From positions 19,180,190-19,244,189 of the forward strand of contig JARFYF010000094.1 of NCBI GenBank assembly GCA_030265395.1: DNA of 64,000 nucleotides, in the 5' to 3' direction. This document shows positions 12,573 through 23,455 of the stretch, piece after piece. The translations under genes and the position numbers were made by a program. Origin of the DNA: Rhina ancylostomus (Eukaryota). How positions within the stretch are numbered: the first letter of the stretch is position 1; every line of letters begins with the position of its first letter. Below the pieces are notes generated by a model that did no database searches, was not told where the DNA came from, and saw nothing but the letters and a program-made list of their open reading frames with translations.

Positions 12573-12902
12573 GTGGTGGCACAGTAGCGCTGTGCATAGA
12601 GCTGCTGCCTCATACAGTGGGTTCAATCCTGACCTCGTGTGCTGTTTGTGTCGAGTTTGCAGGTTCTCCCGTTGACCATATGGGTTTCCTCTCATGCCCC
12701 AAAGATGTGCTAGTTGGTAGGTTAATTGGTCACTGTAAATTGTCCCTAGTGTAGAGATGAGTGGTAGAGTCTGGGAAGAATTGACAAAAATGTGGGGAGA
12801 ATTTTTTTTTAAATGGGATTATAGAATTAATGTAAATGTGTGGTTGATAGTTGGCAAGGACTAGGTGGGCTGAAGGGCCTGTTTCTGTACTGCATCTCTA
12901 TG
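12573..12902 (+). mobile_element. HE1-like V-SINE (tRNA head, V domain, CR1/HER1 tail)
   Basis: B box GGTTCAATCC, V-domain GAGTTTGCAGGTTCTCCC..GGGTTTCCTC, tail GGGCTGAAGGGCCTGTTTCTGTACTG. Confidence 0.88.
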
Positions 12903-14934
12903 TACCTATACAACCTTCCTGATAAAATAATTTAGATAAAAGGTGAAATTAAACAAAATTTTACAATAACATAGGAAGGTGGTGTAGACTGCTCGGCCCC
13001 TCAAGCCTACTCTGCCATTCAATAAGGTTAATCTGATGAATTTCAGTTATGCAATGCTGTACCATTTCACCCCCTTGCTTATCAAGAAGCAATCCACTTT
13101 TGCCTTAATTAACTTTAGAACTAGTATCAAAATAATTTTTAAATGTATTTTACCATATTATGTTCATGGAACCAGAGGACATGGGCGAAGCCTTAAAGTA
13201 ATGTTTCCCAACTATGTTTAAAAAGGAGAAAGATTTTATAGTTGCAGATTTCAGGGAGGGGGACAGGAATATTCCAGAGCATATTAAAATTTTAAGTATG
13301 TCTTAGATGTTATGGTAGCATAAAGATGTGCACCTTAATTCTATTATTTAAAATAAAACATAAAGTCTTTTCTCATTATTATTTCACCAATTTACATTTG
13401 TGAATGTCAGCGATTCACAATGTTTCCCAGCTTAAATAAAGTTGTTCAGAGCTCTGAACTACACTAAATTATAAGGTAATTCTTGTTACTTCTCTTCCAA
13501 ACTGTTGTAACAGTACCAAATACAAATAAAATCTTTCCTTATATTAATAACAAGAATGGTAGCTACTTCAACCAGTCAAGCTCAACTTCCCACTTAATTA
13601 GTTCCCTCAAAAAAATATCCTCATCCCTTATTGCCAAAGGGAGTTACCAATTTCGGTGGCTAATAAATACAAAATTTCAAGGGCTCATGACAAAACCTCC
13701 ACAACAGATTAATTTAAATCACTCAATCTTCACTTCTTCCAAAATACTTCTTTTATGGAGTTCATTTTAATAATTGTGAATAAAGCAGGCTTTAAATTTA
13801 AAAAACACAGAACCACACAAAATGTTTTAAAAAATTTCTATCCTGTTTTTTTCTCTCCTACGTTATTCAGTGTGTATTCAAATAACTCCTAATATCTATA
13901 ATTTATGACTGCAATGACAAAGTCAGCCTTTGCTGCAATTATACTGTGAAAATATAAGCAGGTTCTGACTGCTGTGTTAATTCAGCAAAAGGCAGAAATT
14001 CAGCACTTACTGTCAAAGACACCCCATTGCTCTGCAGTGTGCATTGCTGCAGTTTTCACCAAGGCAATTAGCATGGTAAATAGATATTAAATAAACTTTT
14101 TGCGCACTATTCTCAATGAAAGAAAACGAAAATATTATGCTTTACTGAAAGGTGTGTGACTGAGTTTTTAAGTATCTTGCTGAGTCCTACCTACGATTAA
14201 ACTTTCTGGTCATGAGGGACTAAATCATATGCATGGTGTGCAATTGGTTCAGAACTTCTTTGGAATTTCATTGAGTTAAAAAAAATTTTTATATGTTAAG
14301 TTTTCATCTCAAGCCAATATTTATTTACTCTCCAAAATGTCTTTAAAAAGTTATATAAATAAATGAGAGCTTTTACTCTTTGGTTTCCTGCATCTTATTT
14401 CTTCAGCCAGCTAATGACATCACTGTTGCTGGATATCACAGATACCTTACAGAAAGCGATTGATAGAAAATGATCTCAGCAAGGAAGGAAATCTTAGACC
14501 ACAGATCCCAAAGCAATAGCATTTATAGGTACGTTTCTGCACAGTCAGTAGCAAGTACTTTCCCTTTGCCAATACTAGGAAAATAGCTGGATCAATGAAG
14601 GGGGGCATGTACCAGGACCTACCAGGAATGGTGCTTCCTTAGCAATCAACTGGAAGGGTAGTTAGCACCCCAACATCTTTCTGTCCCATTCATAGGTTAA
14701 GGAGCCTTGCACTTCTTCTCTGATTTTCCAGGCCCTCTTCCAATTCCATGATAACAATTTACACTTCTCTGAACCCATATTTTGTATTTCTGCTTGTGCA
14801 ATGACCAATAAAATTGTCTTTCATCACTGGCAAATTTATCAATTAAAACACATCTGCCCAATTGCAGAACTTCCTCTCCTGCCACACTACTTTTGTTTTT
14901 GGCCCTATGTTTTCATTAAAATTATTCACTGCAT

Positions 14935-15065
14935 TAGAAAGTGATGAAAATGAATGGTCATCAACATGAAAACAACTGTGTCCCAAGTTAGTGCTGGATC
15001 AACTGACTTTCTGCATTTGTTTTTCCATTTCCGTTTCCAACATTTGCAGCATTTTGCCTTCATTA
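14935..15065 (+). mobile_element. Degenerate Penelope pLTR fragment
   Basis: ATGAATGGTCATCAACATGAAAAC...TTTCTGCATTTGTTTTT...TTCCAACATTTGCAGCATTTTGC. Confidence 0.5.
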
Positions 15066-16496
15066 TGGATACATGTTAGCAATTTCTCAATTCAAGGTTC
15101 ATCCCTTGAACACTTATAATTCAGTCCCAAAATGATTCAAGAACCCAACCCTGTAACCAGGCAGAGACATTATGACTACTGACAGGGCTTTTTTTTCCTA
15201 TTTTGCTTCTTTTTACACAAAGAATAGGAATTCTGTAAATATACCGTTCTAATGAAAATTTGCTAATGGAAATAGCAATAGCAATATTTGCAAGTGAGCT
15301 CTTGGTAGTGACTTTTACTACAATATTTTTAAAAGTTTATTTATATGCATGATAGTAGAGTTTTTACACCAAAGTANNNNNNNNNNNNNNNNNNNNNNNN
15401 NNNNNNNNNNNNNNNNNNNNNNNNNNNNNNCAATTGTTTTTTCTTCCTTAAGATTAGAAAACAAAATTGGCACATCCTTCATAACTGGAATGTCAAAGCA
15501 GGTAAAGCTTTGCATCAATTCTGTTATTGTTGTGATATGCATCCCAATCTATTATTTTGTTGTGCGTGCAATATTAAGTAAGTTCTACTATATGTATTTG
15601 GATCAAGAACACAAAGGAACAGGATTAAAACCCTAAGGCTGCTTCACCATTCCAGAAGACCATGACCAATCTTCTGTTTTTGCAAGGAGAAAAAGCCTCG
15701 TAGCCCCATCCAAGCCCAAGGAGAATTTAATCCGTTTCAATCTGATATATCCAAAATTCCAGAATGTTACAGTCCATTCTTCTCAACAGTCGGGATGCTG
15801 ATCAAGTGTCTCATACTAAATTAAATCACATTGATCATTGATACTAAATTGAACAGACTGAATGTACTGATTAACAGTTAATTCTACCATGTCTTGCATT
15901 AAAAATAATAAATGGTGTAATTAGACAGTGATTAAACACCAGTTTATGCTGGAGCATTGTTCTAACAAATATTCTAATGTACCAAGAACAAGATGAAAGG
16001 CACAATTTTATTTCTTCTCAATTGCAAAACAGCCTAAATTGACAGAAAACAGTATGCAGAAAATGAAGACCATCCAGAAATAAGTCATACCCAATTTCTA
16101 TTTCGGGAGGAAGAAGGATGAAGGCTACAGTATAACCAGAACATACAGTATAGTTACCTGTTTAACCAGCAACAAATCTGGGATTCTATGTAATCAAATG
16201 CAGGTATTTTAAACTTACTGAATGCATCTATCAGGACATTACTCTGCTGTTCATGGTTCCACATGGAATCAAGCAGCAGAGCTCCATTTTGCTGAGGATT
16301 CCTAGCATTTATGCCAGGGTATTAGTGCCCTGATCTAATGTCAGGCTAATCCTGACACAGTACCCACAACTCCATTGATTTCAATGCAGATCCTAAGGCA
16401 ACAAGGATAAAGGAAATGCAAATAGAAGTTGGTTTTCTGGAAAAAAAACAGATTTAATTTTTTTTAATGATTTTATTTTTGATTATTTAATCTCAA

Positions 16497-17313
16497 GGCA
16501 TTCTATGCATACATCAAGAGCAAGAGGATAATTCGGGAGAGGATAGGGGCACTCAAGAATGAAGGAGGGAACATGTGCTTGGAAGCAGAGGAAGTGGGTG
16601 AGGTCCTAAATGAGTACTTTGCATCAGTATTTACCAAGGAGAAGGACATGGAGGATAGGGAGATTAATGCAGAGCATGCTGATATGCTAGGGCACTTCGA
16701 GATAAAGGAGAATGTAGTGTTGGGTCTCTTAAAGAGCATTAAGGTGGTTAAGTCCTCAGGGTCTGATGGAATATACCCCAGGTTTTTGAGAGAGGTAACA
16801 GATGAGATTGCTGGGGCCTTGACCAAGATCTTCGTGTCCTCTCTAGCCACAGGCAAGGTCCTGGAGGACTGGCAAGTAGCTAATGTTATCCCATTATTCA
16901 AGAAGGGAAACAAGGATAATCCTGGAAACTATAGACCCGTGAATCTCACATCAGTGATAGGGAAGTTACTGGAGAGGATTCTTCGGGATAGGATTTATGA
17001 GCATTTGGAAAACCTTGGCCTAATTGGGAACAGTCAGCATGAATTTGTGCAGGGCAAGTCATGTCTTACTAACTTGATTGATTTTTTTTTGAGGACGTGA
17101 TGAGGGTAATTGATGAAGGTGGAGCTATGGATGTTGTCTACATGGATTTTAGTAAGGTGTTTGACAAGGTCCCTCATGGGAGGCTCATCCAGAAGATTAA
17201 TATATATGGGATCCATGGTAGTTGGCTGTTTAGATTCAGAATTGGCTTGCCCATAGAACACAGAGGGTAGTAGTCAATGGGACTTATTCTTGCTGGAGGT
17301 CTGTGACTAGTAG
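16497..17313 (+). mobile_element. Relatively young CR1 ORF2 internal fragment (pre-RT region and RT N-terminal domains)
   Basis: 175-aa ORF EVLNEYFASVFT...GSDGIYPR...EDWQVANVIPLFKKG...PGNYRPVNLTSVIGKLLERI...QHEFVQGKSCLTNL, a frameshift in a T-run, then VYMDFSKVFDKVPHGRL. Confidence 0.95.
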
Positions 17314-18859
17314 TTGACATACTCATGACTGGAGGGAGACCAATATCTAGAAATCATTTGTTCTGCTTTTATTCACCACTTATAAAAAGCAATTACAGAA
17401 TTGAAGTTTTCCAAACCCCTTCCACATTCTCACTTCTTGCTCCAGTCATTATCAAAACAACACTGAGGCATGTTAAATATACCAATCTAGTTTGCGTCAT
17501 GATACAGTAAAATGGGTTAGTACCAATTTTCAGGCACATCGATTCTAATAAAGATAAAATGTCAATCAATTATTTATAATATGTCCCTTTCTTTTCCCCA
17601 TTACGTAAAGCAGATTGGGAAAACTGGCAATCATCAAGTTCAATTGAAAACTACGGAAATAATATGGGTATCCAAAAATAGTGAGAAGACATCTGCTCCT
17701 TCACCTGTGCCACAAAATCATGATGCCCAAGGGATTTCTTATCCCTAGCAGCCAAATAATTTCCTGAGGAAAGCAAAATATATATTACAATAAAATCAAA
17801 GAACCTAGATCTAATGAAGGTAAATGTAGCTATAAAATTCATGCCTGCTGCCTTGGCAATTGCAAGTTGTTTGGGTGACCGCATTCACCACGCAAATCTT
17901 AATAGCTATGCTCCATATGATGCAACCTCTCAAACTGGCAGCTCTCCAAACACAATCTTCCACAGGTTTATTGTCTGTGAGCTGCTTGATGAGGCCCACT
18001 GGAGCACTGGACCTTTTCAAGCTTAAGTAGCTTCATTTGGCAAGACCCAAGCATGTTACACCCACAGAATTGCTTTGCGAGCCAGTTAAACCATATTCCC
18101 GGGCTTCCGGTTGTCAAAATTGTCTGAGATTCAATATTTCATAAATATTCAAAAGTTACAGTTAATTACTTAACAAAAATAAATTAAAATCCTCAAAAAC
18201 TAGAAAACAATTAAAAATTAAACAAAACAGAAACTAGCACATCTCTACTCCAATAGTTTCCTCCCATTCAAATGCTGCTCTGCAAATATTTAATCCTGAT
18301 TTTGACATAAACGATTTTGTCTCAATGATACACATCTGTATCTTATTAAGATGTTACAATGCTGTAAAGATGAATGGTCTGAATTAACATGGATAATAAT
18401 GATTGCCCATTGGTAAGCAAATGAACAATAATTTCTGTAGTCTGTACATTGGCAGTTAAACTTCCAATCAGTCATGAAGTACCCCTTCTTTTCCAAGGCA
18501 GCACAGAATCAGCCCTTCCTTGCTGATCTACTTGGCACTGAAATCAACGTAATAGCATTAAGCTGGAAAACTTGCTCATTAGTTTCCCACTAAAATGTAG
18601 TGTTATTACATTCAGGTGCATGTGAATCTTCACATGGTTTGATAAGTGATAATTACAGCCAAACAACTTCATCAGTCTTAAAACTTTAATCTTACCATTG
18701 TAAAATATTATTCTTTTAATAGATATGCTTCAGCTAACACCTCCGTCGTGACCAGCAATGCTCGCAAAATGTCATCCATCACAAGTGCACCAGGAAACTA
18801 CCAATATTCGGGAATGCAAGTGTATCAAAAAAAAACACTCGGTACACATTTAAGGGTAT

Positions 18860-19110
18860 TGTAATGTAGTGGTTGTTACTGGATTAACAGCTAGAATCCT
18901 GAACTATTGATCTAGAAACAAATTCAAATCCCATTTTAGTAGCTGGGGAATTTAAATTCAAGTTACTGCATAAATCTTGAATTAGAAAGAAACAGCTAGC
19001 CTCAAGAATGATACTCAGGAAACTACAGGATCATCTGAAAAACCTATCTGGTTCATCACCATCCTTCAGAAAGAAAGCCACAACCCTAACAACAATCTGA
19101 TCAGACATCT
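18860..19110 (+). mobile_element. Elasmobranch SINE-like repeat (TTCAAATCCCA..AGCTGGGGAATTTAAATTC family)
   Basis: Homologous in reverse orientation to 60490-60830; B-box-like TTCAAATCC. Confidence 0.65.
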
Positions 19111-19875
19111 GATGATCGGCTTCTCCCTCCAGGAGATTTGCCTTCAGCTGCTTTAGGACAACCCATGGCAGATCTAAACATAATGGTTTTTAATATGGTT
19201 TTTAACCATAAATGGAAGATGGCGGAAAGCATCAAGTGCAAATGCAGACAGAAAAATTCACACAGTACGCCACACTAACTACAGTTGTATAGCAGTACTG
19301 CTGGCATTCATGAAGCACAATCCAGTACATAAAATGGCTATCAGAATACAACTTTGGATCACTACATTCATACAACACTGATCATCTGCACAACAGCTGG
19401 GCAGAAGTTCTCAAATTTATGCCATATTTTGGTATATGGTAATATTTTAATTATTTCAAAAGCTATAATAAAGGAACATGGAAAAGGTAAGGGAATAGAC
19501 TCATGAGATTTGTTTTGATTATAAGGCAATGCAATTGAGTCAGAAACATTACAAAGAGGTATACGAAGTAAACGCCAAGAGATAATCATAACCTTATAAT
19601 AAAAGCTTAAAATCTTCCCGCGGCAGCACTTCGTTCGGTATCAGGTTTCACACTATAGATGAATCTTCAGACGAGTGGATGAAATGTTGAGGAAATAGAG
19701 GGGCAATGCAAAAGTGGTGAAGTCAGATTCCATACAACTTTTTTCATTCTTAAAAAACTGTCTCAGAAAAACTGGAGAAAGGGACAAAGTGGATAACTTC
19801 TTCAGATGTTGGCAGAGTCATCCTGGGCTCATAAGTTCATGTGCTGTACAATTCTATTAAAGTTTAGTTGAAATG

Positions 19876-20900
19876 TCATAGAATCATAGAAGGGTACAGT
19901 GCAGAAGGCAGCCATTTGTCACAATGTCTCCATTCTGGCTCTCTATTAGAGCAACTCAAGTTCCACATCCCAACCCTTTCTCTGTAGTCTTAAAGATTTC
20001 TCCTCACCATATCTTTAACCAATTCCCCCTTGAAGGATATAATGGAAGCTGCCTCCACTACATCTGCAGCAGTGCATTTCAAATTCCAAACACTCTCTTT
20101 CCCTTTAAATTATACTGTGACTTTTCATCTTTAATCCCTCCACCTGTGAGATCAGCCTTCCACTGTCCCTTCATCATTTTATATACTTCTGTTAGACTTC
20201 CCCTCTTCTCCAAAGAAAATAGCCCCAGCCTCACCAATATAAACTTATAACTGTAGCCCTTTCTCTCAAGAGCTATTCTTGTAAATCTCATCTAGACCCT
20301 CTCCAGTCTACACATCATTTCTATAGTCGTGACCAGAGATGGAAAAAATTCTCCAGTTTGAAATTGGAATTGGTTTATTACTGTCACTTATATCAAAGTA
20401 CAGTGAAAAAGTTTTCATGCATACCGTTCATACAGATTAATTCATTACATAGTACATTGAGGTAGTACAAGGTTAAAACAATACAGAATGCAGAGTAAAG
20501 TGTCACAGCTAAGAGAAAGTGCTGATCATGCTAACTACCTGAGCTACTCACATTTGCCTGTGTTTGGCCCATATCCTTCTAAAGCTTTCCTATCCATGTA
20601 GCTGTCCAAATGTCTTTAAAAGTTGTAATTATGCTCCTCTTTACCACTTCCTCTGGCAGCTCGCTCCATATATCAACTATCCTCTGTGTGGAAAAACTTG
20701 CCCCTCAGGCCCTCTTGCCCCTTTCACCTATGCCCTCTAGGTTCCCTACCCTGGGGAAAATACAGTGATATCCACCTTATCTATGCCCCTCATGATTCTA
20801 TATACCTCCATAAGATCACCCCTCAGCCTCCCACTCTCCAGGGTAAAAGGCTCCAGCCTATCCAGTCTCTCCACATAACTCAATCCAACCAATCCCAGAA
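19876..20900 (-). mobile_element. Stack of CR1 3' fragments (19876-20358, 20524-20900) with a Rex1 3' tail (20360-20523) between them
   Basis: CATAGAATCATAGAA tail; ORF RLGLFSLEKRGSLTEVYKMMKG; Rex1 tail TTGGAATTGGTTTATTA...CATTGAGGTAGTACAAGG. Confidence 0.85.
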
Positions 20901-21354
20901 ATACATGTTAATGCATTTTGTCTCATTATACTATATTACAGCAATTTAAAATACTAACGGGTTTGACATGCAGATGGATCTGGTAGATTCAACATTTGTA
21001 ATGGCATGGTCCTGCACTTCTTGTATCTATTTCTTTAAAGTAACTTGGGCTAAAAGGGAAACACAGTAACATGAAATAAACCTAGCAAGAGCATCACTTC
21101 TCTGCTGCATCACAAAATATGATGGAATAAATTAAAATAGACCTAGATTCCATTCCACTTATAATACTGAGCATGATTAATATAAAAGCTTTGCTGATTA
21201 GGTTGGGTTGGAAAGAAATATCATTTAAAAGCACAAGTATATAGCAATTTACTTATTTGGGTGCATCCAGCTCTCCAAATAACATTCCATGTGACTGTGA
21301 CCAAGGCCATTTATTCCTTATGTTTTTGCTGTGTTTGCAGTCTTTGACACAGAT

Positions 21355-22300
21355 GGAAACATCATGGTGGGGGGGGGGGAAGGGGGGGAGTGCAGAAGTA
21401 TGGGAAATGGAACAAATGAACTTCAAAGCCTGTCAACTTTGGTGGAGGGGAAACCACTGTTGAAGAAAGTGAAAGACATATTAGAAGCACTGGTAACAAA
21501 GGTATTGTGTTCAAAACAGATGCAACAGAGAAGGAGAAATTGGGAGAATGGAATGGATACTTTGCAGGAGGCAGAGTATGAGTACATCATATCAAGTTAC
21601 TGAACTCAACCCATCTCCTTCCACTCAAGACGTGGAAAGGGTTCCCATCTGTGTCTCCATCCCACCAGCCTCCCCCATACAGCAGATTTCCAAAGCTTCC
21701 AACATGATGCTGTCACCAGGCAAGTCCCCTCCCATCTCAGCATTCCAAAATTTGGGTGACCGTTTTGAAGAACATCTATATTCGGTCCCCAAGAGTTACC
21801 CTGGGCTTCCAGTTGCTGTCACTTCAATTCTCATCCCACTCTGACCTACGTCTTTGATCTTTTACACTTTTCAATCAAACCTCAATGCAGGCTTGAAGAA
21901 CAACTTCATCCTCTGATCTGCACATTATAGCCTTCAGGACTAGACATCGAGTTCAACAATATCAAATTATCAAGCCTTGTATCTCACACTTACAAAAATC
22001 AGTCTTTTTTTCCACTTCACATCTTGTCATTTGTCATATTTCATTCATTTTCTCTTATTTACACCTCCAGACATACCTTATTCTTCATTAACTTTTACCA
22101 GACCATTTCAGCCATCAGCACCACCACCTACATCACGTTCTCTGTTCATGTCCCCACCATATCACCGTCCTTCCCTTGTTCTCTCTGCCATACCCACTTT
22201 CTGAAGAAAGATTTCTGACCTGAAATGTCATACCTTTCTTCAATGACGACACCAGCATCTTCTGATTTTGTTGCGCATTTCTAGCATCTTTGTTTTTGTG
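21355..22300 (+). mobile_element. Penelope-like element with an inverted 5' part (RT thumb on minus, 21362-21595; linker, GIY-YIG C-terminus and pLTR on plus)
   Basis: Minus strand SASCKVSIPFSQFLLLCCICF..TF.TSASNMSFTFFNSGFPSTKVDR; plus strand ERVP...LGDRFEEHLYSV..PGLPVA...RLEEQ...GLDIEFNNIK; pLTR at 22200. Confidence 0.88.
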
Positions 22301-23311
22301 GCATGTTGAATTTAACACAGCAAAACAATGTTCAAAACCAAGTTATTGGCTCATTTCTGATGATCACGATACTCAATTTCTTGTTCCTGCAATGAATTTT
22401 GTAATGAAATATCTTGGCACATATTAAATTGTGTCCTTTGCATCTCTGTAAAGATTCACAAATTACGTATAATCAGTACTGCATTTGGTTCCTCTGCTGA
22501 TTATATGGCTAGGAAGCTTTATATCAGCTGGTTTATGTATGATGACAGAATTAATTTTGGAAGAAAAACAAATGCATAATAGAATATTAGAATAAAACAG
22601 TTTGTGGAGACATCACTAAATTCTTGGCAAAAAGAAAATCTCCTCAATCTATTATTCCTACAGATGGTTGCTGACAGTAGCAGAAAAGGTCATTAATTAT
22701 TTTAAGGATTAATGACCAGAAGTTCATCCCATACATTCAGTAATGTTCAACATGCTACACAGTAATAGTTACAGGCTCTAATCAGTTTAATAATTCAGTC
22801 AATGGAACCAAATTTCAGAAGTGGAGCAGAATACACAATCAACAATTCTGTTAAAATAATTAAATTGGATCAGTATCATTCTCAATAGTGTAATACACAT
22901 TTGCAACAACTATTCAATATAGATTTTTTCAAAGTGCTGGGTGTCCTTTTAAAAAAAAGAAAAATTCAAGCCAACCAATATTTAAAGCCTACCTCGGCAA
23001 GAACACCAAATGAAGTACCAGAACAGCAGCAGAACCAGAGTATATCCTTTTTGATAACTGAAATGCAGTTCTTGCCTTGGAAACTAACCATACATGAAAA
23101 ATTTACAAAGGAGGCTACTTAAATATTTTAAAAGTAATACAATTCACAATGCACAACCCTGATTAGGTTTCAAGGTCAATCTAGTTAATAGTACCAGTCA
23201 TATATCTGGTAACAAACACATCAGAAGCTGCTCACATCTGTGGTTGCTTATTGAAAATATTTCTGCTGTTGCTGGAAAGATTAACTGAAAATGTTACTGC
23301 TGTTGCTGGAA

Positions 23312-23455
23312 CCCTTTTCAGTCTTGATGAAGGGTCACAGACCCAAAACGTTGACTATTTTCTCATTTCATAGATGCTGCCTGACCTGCTGAGTTTTTCA
23401 GGCACTTTCTGTTTTTATTTCTGATTTCCAGCATCTGCATTTTTTTTTATTTTCA
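23312..23455 (+). mobile_element. Solo Penelope pLTR fragment
   Basis: TTGATGAAGGGTCACAGACCCAAAACGTTGACT...AGATGCTGCCTGACCTGCTGAGT...TTTCCAGCATCTGCA. Confidence 0.88.
23319..23357 (+). ncRNA. Minimal type-I hammerhead motif with two core substitutions
   Basis: CAGTC-TTGATGA-A-GGGTC-ACA-GACCC-AAAA-CGTT-GACT: helix I AGTC/GACT, perfect helix II, C3>U and G12>A (the latter at a CpG). Confidence 0.6.

Noticed and set aside
14407-14528. Plus-strand exon-like segment (TTTTCTTCAG| ... TAG|GTACGT)
   Set aside because: Stop codons occur in all three frames and there is no other evidence.
20457-20475. TGAGGTAGTA resembling the let-7 5' end
   Set aside because: It is part of the multicopy Rex1 3' UTR (CATTGAGGTAGTACAAGG), diverges after 10 nt and has no precursor hairpin.
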